Below, in pieces: positions 36,575 to 47,684 of a DNA stretch of 64,000 bases. Source of the DNA: Octopus sinensis (lineage: Eukaryota). Location: the NCBI RefSeq assembly GCF_006345805.1, contig NC_042997.1:87234001-87298000 (forward strand), written 5' to 3'. Every line of letters begins with the position of its first letter. Position 1 is the first letter of the stretch. The notes beneath the pieces are model-generated. The model was not told the DNA's origin and searched no databases. It saw only the letters and a program-made list of their open reading frames with translations. The position numbers were made by a program, and so were the translations under genes.

Positions 36575-37500
36575 TATACTTGTTTCAGTCATTAGACTGC
36601 AGTCATGTTAGGGCACTGCCTTGAGGAATTCTTTTTAGTCAAATGAATTGATCCGAATACTTATTTTTTTTAAGCCTGGTATTTATTCTATTTATCTCTT
36701 TTGCTGAACTGCTAAGTTACGGGTATGTAAACACCAACATCAGTTAAGTTCATAAATTCATGAAAGTTCTTTACCTTTCATGCAATGCCACCCCTATCTT
36801 GCAGCCCATGGACCAATAGGTGATTTCTAATTTTAAGAAATTGTACACCAAATACCTGTTTTATCAGTGCTTTGAAGTTATGGAAAATACAAATCTAACC
36901 CTTCGTGAGTTTTGGAAGGAGCACTACAACATTGTTAACTGCTTGAAAATTGTAGATATAATCTGGCAGGATGTAACAAGGAGAACGCTGAATTCTGCAT
37001 GGAGGAAACTTTGGCTTAATTGTGAATCCAAAAGAGACTTTGAGGGGTTTGAGTCTGTGACATCTGTAGTTGAGGAGATAATGTCTCTTGGCAAGTCCAA
37101 GGGCCTCAAGGTTGACGATGGGGGACATTAATGATCTCGTGAAGGAACATTCAGAGGAGCTGACAACAGATGAACTTCTGTAGCTTCAGGAGGAGCAGCA
37201 TTCAGATACGGTGGAAGAGATTGGTTCCCCAGAGGAGGACAGTGTAGCAGAGAAAGCTATCTCTATGAGTGACATAAAGGCAGTGTTGACAAAGTGGCAG
37301 TATGTTTCTGAATTTGTAGAAGAAAAAAAAATCATCCTGGAAAGGTATCTGCAGGTCGTATAGCTGCTTTATTTAATGACACTGCTCTGGCACATTTTTG
37401 TAATATTTTGAAAAGCAGGAAAAAGCAAACTTCTCTTGATATGTTTTAAATGAAACAACTTGCAAGTGTGGAAAGTGAAGAGTGTCCAGAAAGCCTGAAT
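35150..37500 (+). mobile_element. Tigger/pogo-family transposase pseudogene, interrupted at ~36035-36760
   Basis: CENP-B-type HTH (EMEKLLLLWISEKQ), KASHDWLGHFKKRTG, VFSCDKIGLF, LKALLILD and QPMDQ*VISNFKKLY...LREFWKEHYNI motifs. Confidence 0.88.
36035..36290. repeat. Compound (CTAT/CTGT/CT)n microsatellite-like tract inside the Tigger element
   Basis: Low-complexity pyrimidine-rich tetranucleotide repeats. Confidence 0.8.
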
Positions 37501-38632
37501 TAAGTGAAATGAGAGAGAAAACACCAGAAATTGTTCTTCCTGAAGTCTTAATGGAAGGTTCTCCTTCCACAATAATCCTCCTCCTCCTCTCTGCTCCATT
37601 GTCTTCCTGCACGTGCACAAATTGTCCCACCTTTAAGGTAATTAAATTGATAAAACCAGTTTACACATTTCTTTTGCATTATATTTTATTATGTTTTTAT
37701 AATTGTAATTTTCCTTGTAACTGCACCTTTTCTGTTTTAAAACAAATAAAAAATGATTTTTGGGTGGTTTTCGGGGTTGGATTGGATTAATTATATTTTA
37801 ATTAATTTCAATAGGTAAAATTGATTTGTAAAACAAACTTGTTCATGGAACAAATTAAACTCATACTGCAAGCTATCACCACGTGTGTATGTATATATGT
37901 ATGTATGTGTTGTGTGTGTGTGTGAGGAAAACTTGGTGTACTAGATGGGAGTATGTAACAATTTACATCAGTTGTTGCATCATCATCATCATAAACTTTT
38001 AGTTTTATGGCTTACATTTGGTTATTTTTGCATGCATTATTATTTAAACCATGTTGAGGTGAATAGAGTAACAGAAAGTGTAGAATGCTGGTTGAAATGC
38101 CTAAGAACATTTGGTTTCTTCTTTCAAATCCTAAGTTCAACTCTTACTTTGGTCGTCTTTGCCTTTCATCTTTTCAGGGTTGATAAAACAAATATGAACA
38201 GTGAACTGTAACTGACTGAGTCATTAGCATCTTCCCTTACGAATGTGTCACTTTGTGTCAGTGTAACAAATTGGTATCTAAACTTTTCAGTCCTCAAATA
38301 TATTTGCTGTTATATTTAAGGAGTTTTATCAAATTACTCTTCACATTATAATTAAACTTGTTTAAATGGTGAGTTGGTAGAATCGTTGGCATGATGGACA
38401 AACTGCTTGGTGCCATTTCTTTTGACTTACATTCTAAGTTCAAATACTGATGTGGTCAACTTTGCCTTTCGTCCTTTTAGGATCAATGAAGGAAAGTACT
38501 TCGCAGCCAAGTACTGGGGTTGATATAATTGAGTTGCCCCTTCCCCCTAAAATTGCTGGTCTTGTGCCAAAATGTGAAACCATTGTAATTAACCTTGCAA
38601 TTTGCATTTATGTTTTTATCTTTTTATTTCAG

Positions 38633-38697
38633 GAACCTTTTTAGGTCGCCCTGCTGATTATATAGCACTGTTGTGTTTCAACTGGATCTGTCTGATT
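38633..38697 (+). CDS. DERL1: Derlin-1 exon 3 (GTFLGRPADYIALLCFNWICLI)
   Basis: tatttcag acceptor; F.GRPADY motif; 65 nt. Confidence 0.95.
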
Positions 38698-39795
38698 GTA
38701 TCCTTTTAAAATGAATTGACTAAAAAAATAACAAAACAAATAGACTTACTAGTCTTGCAAAAAGCAGTTTTTTTAAAACAAATTTGTCAACTGACACTTA
38801 CAACAAATGTCTTGCATGTTTTCAGTTTGTTCTTTGTTTTAGCCATTACAGCCGATGATAACAACATTGAGAAATGTTTTTCAATTATAGCAAAACTGTA
38901 ACGATTACATTTTTCAATATATGCATCATCATTTTGTGTGTTTTTTACCATACAAATATGGATTAAACAGTCCTTATGTCATGCCAGTCACTGTGGTCCA
39001 TCATAATATAGCACTTGCCTGAATATAAAAAAATTACTATCTCTGCTGTTTGAGGTTATTTCTTATGGCATGGTTTCCATGTCTGGACATCTCTCTTATC
39101 ACCAACCATTTTACAGATTGGATTGTGTGCATTTTGTCTTGCTACCCAAACCGGAAAGATTATCTCTGCAAAAGCCCTTATGTTGCCTCTAGAGGTTTAT
39201 TTTTAATATGCATACATAAATACATGTGTGGATGTGTTTATGTATATATGCATGTGTATATGTATATATACACACATATATATCTCACCAACATCATTTT
39301 GATGTTCATCTTCAATACTAGCATGGGTTGGGATGTTCAAAAGGATCTTGATGAGTTGAAGGACTGTGTTGTACTGACAAGGGCTGCTTCAGTGTAATTG
39401 GTTGCATGTCTGTTTGGGCTACAAATGACGAGTCCTGCAGGCAGTTTCCTGCCGTTTTTCCATCCCAGTGGTTTTTCACCCAAGCTATTATAGTTGAACT
39501 TGCTTTGAGATACATTGTTAAGCATGTCTAAAAACATTACACACACACACACACACACATATACATATGCCTATACACACATTATATTGTAAATTAGTCT
39601 TAATTATTTCAATGACTTTATCATGGTGGAAAATATTATCTATGACTGAAATCTTGTCAAACATGCCATCAAATACATCAAGGTTGAGGTTAAAGATTGT
39701 CGATAGTAAGAGGGATTTAAAAAAAAAAATGAAATTTGTTTCAGAATATAATTTAAACTTAAAGATGTGTTTTTTCCTTTACTTCAATCCCTAAG
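38698..39795 (+). other. DERL1: DERL1 intron 3, U12-type (minor spliceosome) GT-AG intron
   Basis: 5'SS GTATCCTTTT; branch-point-like TTCCTTTAC at 39774-39782 with its A 14 nt from the AG; no long polypyrimidine tract after the branch site. Confidence 0.88.
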
Positions 39796-39822
39796 ATAAT
39801 AGGTTTAACTGCAGGTCTCTTT
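39796..39822 (+). CDS. DERL1: Derlin-1 exon 4, 27-nt micro-exon (IIGLTAGLF)
   Basis: ctaag acceptor and gtaagt donor. Frame-preserving, and fills the gap corresponding to the vertebrate ITGLAMDMQ exon. Confidence 0.88.
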
Positions 39823-41094
39823 GTAAGTAAATTTTCTTTATACTTTAATGTTTCACGCTTATTTATTATTTATTAAACTTTTACGTTGTTTCACAGAACA
39901 TTGCTTTTAAATCTTATGTAATCAAAAGTATCTGATTTCTCCTTAATTTGATATTGTCAACTGATTCTCTTTGAAATTGCTTGGTTCCAACTTTGGACAA
40001 GTGTCTCTTACCATAGCATTGGGTCAATCAAATCCTTGTGAATGAATGTGGTAGATGGCAACTGGAAGAATCCAATTGTGTGTGTGTATGTATATATGTA
40101 TATGAGTATGTTTGTTTAGTTAATACTTCTTTGAAAATTGCTCAGCTGCAGGTTGTAGTGCTGTTGTTGTTTCTCTCATCATCTGGTTCCCCACTTGCTT
40201 TCTACCTTTGAAGAGGTGTGGAAAAGATATCCCCTACTTGAAAAACAGGTTAGGACTTGACAGAAAGGGCATCTGGCCATAAAACAATGCCTCGGTAGTA
40301 TTTGTCTAACCCATGCTAGCATGGAAAAGCAAAAAAGCAAATGTAAAAACAAATTAATATGCATATAAACACACACACTCTTGTTTTTTTTTTTTTTTAA
40401 CATCAACAAGAGAGGGCCAAACAAAATCAAAATCAGTACAAATAAAAATATCATTTGTTTACTTTTCTGTGTCTATTTTTCCATGTTAGCATCAGTTGGA
40501 CAAATACTTATTGTTTTTCAGCTGGATGCCCTTTTTATTGCTGATTCTTACTTGATTTTCAAGTAAGGGACTTTTTATATTTCTCTTGCCTTGGGAAGCT
40601 TACTTCTAGAAGACAATATGTTGTCAGAGAATGTGAAGAAGCAATACCATTTTTAATTTGGTGCTTTCATGTGAAGAATGCAACATTCAGACAAACACAT
40701 GCACATGTGCACACACAGATACATATACACACACAACAAGCTTCCATACAACTTCCATCTACCAGCTCCACTTACAAAGCATTTGTTGGCCTAGTTCACA
40801 GGAGAAGGCATTTGCTCGTGTGTGTGTGATTTATGTGTTTGACATAATACTGATGGCTAAACCAACACTGGTGTTTCTGTGTGACTTATATCTCCTTATG
40901 CTGAAGTTATCTTTGCCTTTCATCCTTTCAGATTCGATAATATAAAGTACCATTTAAATACCAGGATCAATTTAATTGACTAAACACCCTTTCTCTCAAA
41001 ATTGCTGGTGTTGTACTTGATTTATAAACAATTATTCAGACAGTAAACATTATTACTGAAATTCTTAGTAATGTAATATGAATGTGATGTTTTC

Positions 41095-41990
41095 ATCATC
41101 ATCATCATCACCATTGTTTAATGTCTGCTTTTCATGCTGGCATGGGTTGAATGGTGTGACATGGAGCTGGCTAGCAGGCCACTGTCCAAACTTCAGCTAT
41201 CTGTTGAAGCATGGTTTCTGTGGCTGGATGCCCTTCCTAATGCCAACCACTTAAGAGTGTGCTGGGTACTTTTTACATGTCACCAGCACAGGTGTGTTTA
41301 CACAGCACTAGCATGGGTGTTTTTTAAGTGACACTGGCACTTGAAAAGACAAGCTTGTATGGATGGTAGACAGCGATTTCACTTGGTTTGATATGTCGTA
41401 TCAAGTACAGCAAACCACCACATCTGGTCCCTTGTCATTTCCTCAGTGAGGCTCAGCATCTGAAGATCCTTCTCACCACTTTGTTCCACGTCCCCCTGGA
41501 TCTACCCCTTCCACAGGTACTCTCCACAATTAGAGCTTGGTACTTCTTTATGCAGCCGTCTTCATCCAGCACAGTCTTCTCTCTTGCACACAACATCTGA
41601 TGCCTCTTATACCCAGTTTTCCTCTTAAATCATTTACACTCTGTTGTGCATGCATACTGACATTACTCATCCAATGGAGTGTGCTAGCTTCATTTCTTTC
41701 AAGCCTTTGCAAGTTCTCTGTATTCAAAGCCAACGTTTCATTGCCATGTAGCATAGCTGTATGTACACAGGCATCATACAATCTGCCTTTCACTCTGAAG
41801 GAGAGGCCTTTAGTTACCAACAAAGGTAGAAGCTCTCTGAACTTTGCCCAGCCCGTTCTTATCCTAGCAACTACACTTTCAGAACTTCCTCCTCCACTGC
41901 TAACTTGTTCTCCTAGGTAACAGAAGCTATCTACTATTTCTAACGATCTACTTGAGCATTTGAAGGAGTCTGTTGTCTGTGTATTTTTAG
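41095..41990 (-). mobile_element. RTE LINE 3' fragment
   Basis: LEIVDSFCYLGEQVSSGGG...RIRTGWAKFRELLPLLVTKGLS; (CAT)n tail at ~41095. Confidence 0.9.
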
Positions 41991-42609
41991 TGCTTATTGT
42001 ACCTGCACAGAAAAAATGATTTGTTTCTTGGGAAATAATTTCATGTCCATTTTCTTTTCTTGCTGCCATTGTTGGAAATTTTACTCATGTTCTTCCCCAC
42101 TTGAAATTCCTTTTAAAGAGACAGTTTTCTAAATTTTGTTGAACCTCATTTTCTACTGCTTGCAGTTTTCTTATAAAATGGTTTTAACCCATTATTACTG
42201 ACATCATTTCCAGTAAACCTCATTGGCCTATATAAATAGAGTATAAAGTCAGATCTATATGAATAGACCATGATTTTTAGTTGTCCTTGATAATTATTTC
42301 TTTGCTTATTAAATGTTTCAGAATATTAGAAAGGTAATAAGGCAGAATATTTAGCATTCTGGGCAAAATGTTTAGCAGCATTTTGTCTATCTGTATGTTC
42401 TGAGTTCAAATTCCCCAAGGTTGAATAAGTACCAGTTGAACATTGGGGTTGATGCAATCAACCTGCCCCCTGCCCTGAAATTGCTGTCTTTGTGCCAGAA
42501 TTTCAAACCAGTATTAGGAAGGTAATAATGAAAAATACAAATTTCCTGACTTTTCTTTTTCAGATTATTTTAAAATCTTGAAATCATGAGGATTTGATTT
42601 TCTTTGCAG

Positions 42610-42705
42610 TATTTGATGGATCCTATGGTTCTGAGTGTACTATACATCTGGTGTCAACTGAACAAAGATATAACCGTAACTTTCTGGTTCGGAACCCGCT
42701 TTCCG
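42610..42705 (+). CDS. DERL1: Derlin-1 exon 5 (YLMDPMVLSVLYIWCQLNKDITVTFWFGTRFP)
   Basis: tttgcag acceptor; SVLY.W.QLN.D..V.FWFGTRF motif; 96 nt. Confidence 0.96.
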
Positions 42706-43050
42706 GTAAACTATACATAACTTCTTCATGGAAACAATTTTTCATACCTTTGACTTGAGAAAATGAGATTTGTTAATCACACACTAATGTCTGTATTTGA
42801 TGCCTTGAATATTTGTACCTTTCTTTCGTGTTAGCTTTTATTAATATTTGAAGTTGGATTTCTTAAGAAATACTCTCAAGTGTGTTTCTTAATCAACATT
42901 TCATTAAATATTTCTTACTTATAAAATGCCTTTTATGTTTGTTAAGGAAGTGCTCCTATCTTGAAGGTAATATCTGATCTACCAAATGGCAGCAAGCTGG
43001 CAGAATTGTTAGCATGTATTTGTGAATATATTATATGTGAAAATATATAT

Positions 43051-43772
43051 AAAACCTGGGACGAGGTGGTGAAGCACGACCTTCGAACTTTAGGTCTCAC
43101 TGAGGAAATGACTAGAGACCGAGTCCTCTGGAAGTGTGCTGTGCGCGAGAAGACCCGGCAGGACAAGTGAGTCCATAACCCGTGGCCTTCTACATGGGAT
43201 GGAGCCAGCCTACGTATGCATACCTTCCCTTCTTGGGACACAAAACTCTACTTGTGAAGACCTGTTGAGGCAAGTGAGGATCAGAATCGAAATCGATCAA
43301 TGGAAATTGCAGATGTGTTACCAGTGCCGGTGGCATGTCGAAACTCTACTTGTGAAGACCCGTTGAGGCAAGTGAGGATTAGAATCGAAATTGATCAATG
43401 GAAATTGCAGATGTGTTACCAGTGCCGGTGGCATGTAAGAGAACCTTCCGTTTCGCGAGCGTTGCCAGCACCGCCCCGTTTCGTGTCCGTTGCCAGCCTT
43501 GTCTGGCCCTCGTGCCGGTGGCACATAAAAAAACACCATCCGTTCGTGGCCGTTTGCCAGCTCTGTCTGGCACCTGTGCGGGTAGCTCGTAAAAAGCACC
43601 CACTACACTCTCAGAGTGGTTGGCGTTAGGAAGGGCATCCAGCCGTAGAAACACTGCCAGATTTGACTGGGCCTGATGAAGCCTTCTGGCTTCACAGACC
43701 CCAGTAGAACCGTCCAACCCATGCTAGCATGGAAAATGGACGCTAAACGATGATGACGATGATGATGATGAT
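43051..43772 (+). mobile_element. RTE LINE 3' end (last codons, 3'UTR with internal tandem duplication, (GAT)n tail)
   Basis: KTWDEVVKHDLRTLGLTEEMTRDR...RQDK* matches 32666-32787. Confidence 0.9.
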
Positions 43773-44340
43773 TTTGCATTCACCTTTTCCATCTTAAATT
43801 TTCCTTTATTTGAATCTTAATCTTTAACAATATTCAGTTAGACAATTTCACTTAAAGCTATTGACTATTGTTACTGATTGTAGTAATGGTGTTGGAAGAA
43901 AATGAGTGTGAGGATAAGGGTTTGAATTCTTTGCTAATTAAGACAGCAATTGGTGGTGATTAGAGCAGTGGATATAATGCCTCATGGTAGTTGTGCTCTG
44001 AGTTCAACATTGTCTTTGAGCCTTTTAAGCACAAGTAATGAGAGTGGTGGATTAATAGAACTGTTAATACATTAAAGGAAATACTTTGCATTCTGACAGC
44101 AATACTTGTGAATGACACTGGTACCAAGCTGTAGCTACCTTTTCCTTGCTGATGCCATATCCTCAAAGCATGCCTGTGCAACATAAATTGTGGCACATCA
44201 AGCCCTTTATATAGAATGAGTTGCTACTTAATAATATTAATAACACTGTTGAAGTGGACAGTTTTTTTATATAGTGAGGAAAATAGTGTTGACAACAAAA
44301 ATGTACCAAAATTTAATAACCGCTTTATTTTTTATTGTAG

Positions 44341-44393
44341 GCCATGTATTTACCTTGGGTGTTGTTTGGCTTTAATCTGATTGTTGGTGATGG
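44341..44393 (+). CDS. DERL1: Derlin-1 exon 6 (AMYLPWVLFGFNLIVGDG)
   Basis: ttattgtag acceptor; YLPWV motif; 53 nt; gtaagt donor. Confidence 0.95.
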
Positions 44394-45625
44394 GTAAGTT
44401 CAATTTTTAATGCTAAATGTCCTTCATTAATATGCTTCTCTTTGAATACCTAGCTTTTTTTTTTACCACTTATTATAAGCATCATTGGATATTTTTGTGC
44501 TGTAAATATAACTGGTTCATCATAATTAACATTTAACATTCGTTTTTCATGCTGGCATGGGTTAGATGGTTTGACTAGAGCTGGTAAGCCAGGGAGCTGC
44601 ACTAGGCTCTAGACGTCTGTAATACCAACCACTTTACAAAATGTATTAATGGATTTTGTTTTTGTTTGCATTTAATTGTGGAAGATTGTTACAAAAATAT
44701 TTCTTTGGTGCCCACTTTAAAGGAATATATCTTTCTAAATCAAAAAAGTGTTAACTCTCATCTGAAGGGTCCATGTACCATATCCCACACTGCTATTTAG
44801 TGGCTCAGTCAACCTAATTATGTATAAATTTCTTATATGTTATCTGTTATCACTACTGGTTTTTTCAAGTTGGCTAGATGAGTGTGCAGTGCTGCAACAA
44901 ATTACTCATTGTGTTTGGTATTCAAATTGCTCAGTGATGTTTCTATGAGTGTTCCTCCCTAACAACATTCCTAATCATATGTAGCATATATATTTGGATT
45001 ATAAACATAATTGTTCATGTTTTGTTTGACTGCAAATATTTTGTTTATTCACTGCAAGTATTCTATTGGTTAGCCACATTCTCAAAGAATGAGCTTGCTT
45101 CCTAGCTACATGGTTTCGGGTTCAGTCCCACTGCGTGGCACTTTGGGTAGGTGTCTTCCACTATAGCCCCGAGCCGACCGGAGCTTTGTGATTGAATTCG
45201 GTAGGTGGAAGTTACTGTCGTGTGTGTATGTGTGCGTATAGCTGCTCAGTGCCTCTCTGAAAGAGAGAGAGGGATAATAAAAAAAAAAAAAGAAAATATA
45301 TTTGGTAGTTTGGAAGTTGACAGTTTATAGAAATGAAGTGAATATTTTCCAACTACCAGCATTAATCTGTAGTGAGAGCAAGACATTCAACTCTTGTTGA
45401 CTTAGTCCACCTTGTAGTAAATGGATATTCAAAGACCAACAGCATATCTTCCAATTGAAATTTTATATTATTGTAATGCTAAGTGGAGGAACCTCAGCAC
45501 AAAGCTACTTCCTAAGAACAAATACCATTTTTAAGATGTGACTTCACCATACATGTTGAATTTACTCTGGCAACCTTAGCAACTATGTAGACATGTTCAT
45601 CTCATGCCAATAAGATAAAAAATTT

Positions 45626-45854
45626 TTAACCCCTTAACATTCAGATTACTCTGTCGAATGTAATGCTTATTTATTCACATTGTTTTGAATTAATCATGCA
45701 TTATCTCATAGCTTTGAGATTTCGATGATGTAATTGTTTATTTTAAGAATGACATTGTAGGGTAGATGTGAGAGACTGGATCTGACTGTTTATGCATAAA
45801 ATATTGGTGGAATATTTGGATTGGGTATGGCTGGTTTAATTGTTAAAGAGATAA
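45626..45854. mobile_element. piggyBac-like MITE (TTAA end)
   Basis: ttaaccccttaacattcagattactctgtc...; same family as 56479-56706. Confidence 0.7.
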
Positions 45855-46356
45855 ACATATGATGATGAGGAAAATAATATATATACATGGGTACAAGTGT
45901 GGCTGTATGGTAAGAAGTTTGCCTCTCAACCACATTGTTTCAGGTTTAGTCCCACTGCATGGCACCTTGGACAAATATCTTCTATAGCCCCAGGTTGACC
46001 AAAGCCTTGTGAATGGATATGGTTGAGGGAAACTGAAGGAAACCTGTTTCGCTATATATATATGTCTCTGTGTTACTGTCCCCCTTGCATTGATATCATA
46101 TGATAGTTGTAAGCAAATGTCACCATCATGCAGGTGTCTTTCATTTCCAGTCTTCATTAAAAACAATGTCTGGTCATGGAGAAATATTACTTTATTTGGA
46201 AACAGGTGAGGGTTAATGGTAGGAAGGACATCCTGCTGTAGAGAATCCACCTCAACAAATTCTGTCTGGCCTATGTAAGCATGGAAAAGTGGATGTTAAA
46301 TGATGACGATAATAACATAACATAGTGATCTAAAAAAATTTCTTTCTTTATTCCAG

Positions 46357-46467
46357 AGGTTTGTTTGAGTTGATTGGCATTCTTGTTGGCCATCTGTATT
46401 TCTTTTTAAAATTCAAGTACCCACAGGATTTTGGAGGTCCTCAACTTATTACAACACCACAGTTTCT
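46357..46467 (+). CDS. DERL1: Derlin-1 exon 7 (GLFELIGILVGHLYFFLKFKYPQDFGGPQLITTPQFL)
   Basis: ttccag acceptor; GxxxG and GHLYFFL motifs; 111 nt; gtaagt donor. Confidence 0.96.
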
Positions 46468-46759
46468 GTAAGTATAAGTATATGCTTGCACTTATCTATG
46501 ATTATACATACACATTCTCTTTTATACCAACTTCTTCATTTTTACTTTCTGAAAGGAGACAGCTTTGAGCAGTAGGGACTCTTAGAGCCTTTCTGAAGGG
46601 AGACAATGTTGAACTGTAGGGACTTTTAGAGCCTTTTTGTTTTGTGGCATACAAGGCAACCTCAATAGTGCTGGTACTATAAAAAATGTTCCCAGTACAC
46701 TCTGTAAAGTGGTTGTCAAATGAGTGGAGAAAATGTAAGGTTGAGAGGACACTTAAGAG

Positions 46760-47057
46760 CAGTGATTCCCAGTGTGAGACATACACCTCACCAGTGGGGC
46801 TTGGGAAAATTGTGGTAGGGTGTGAGATCCATATTTTTTTTTTTCATTTTTTTTAGTGGAACATGGAATTGTGAAAACATTTTTCTTAGTCAATAATCTA
46901 CATTTTTTGTACTTGTTACTTAATAAAAGAGTTACCAGTAGCTTCTTTTGTATTAAATAATTGAGGTAAAATAAAGATGTTTTTTCCAACTAGTGGGACT
47001 TACAATTTTCTGGAAAGTTATGTTGGGGTCTAGGGTAAAATATGTTGGGAAACACTG
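46760..47057. mobile_element. hAT (Charlie-like) MITE
   Basis: TIRs cagtgattccca / tgggaaacactg; 8-bp TSD cttaagag (46752-46759) and ctttagag (47058-47065). Confidence 0.8.
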
Positions 47058-47551
47058 CTTTAGAGTCTGTCAAGGATATGACAACCTGTCTAGTGTTGGT
47101 ACCTCAATAAAAAGCGCCCAGTATCTTCTGTAAATGTGGAAGACTTACAATAGTTTGATTGGGGTTAGGAATATTTGGTCCATTGGAGGTGCAGTTTTAA
47201 CTGTTGAGAGACATTAAATAGTTTGAAGAAGCATTTATACATGAGACAGTTCAATGAAATAACAGATGCCAACATTAAGAATGTGTTAAAATAAGAATGA
47301 TATGTAGTGGATGATTGGCGAAGTTGTTTATTTAAATATAAAACATTTTTGGGCATCCTTTATCAAGAGGCAATAAGTTGAAAAAAATTAAAATGCTACA
47401 ATGGTTGGCATTTCAAATGATAGTGTCCAGCATTATTTACCTACAGCAATTTAAAGAAATGTTAAAAATTTGTAAAACCATTTTAATCTATATTAGAAAA
47501 TCAAATCAAATAAAAAGTAAGACTTTTTCAAAATTTTAAAATTTTTTCCAG

Positions 47552-47684
47552 TTACAAATATTTCCCAAGCCATCAAACTTGGACAGGATTTGGAGAAGTA
47601 CCCAGACGAAGATTTACAAATGGTAATCAAGGAGGCGAAGGTGGACATACCTGGGGACGTGGTCAAACACTGGGTGGCAATTAA
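47552..47684 (+). CDS. DERL1: Derlin-1 exon 8 with the p97-binding SHP box (HTWGRGQTLG), stop TAA
   Basis: ttttttccag acceptor; YKYFPS...GFG...HTWGRGQTLGGN*. Total CDS is 744 nt = 247 aa plus stop. Confidence 0.95.
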
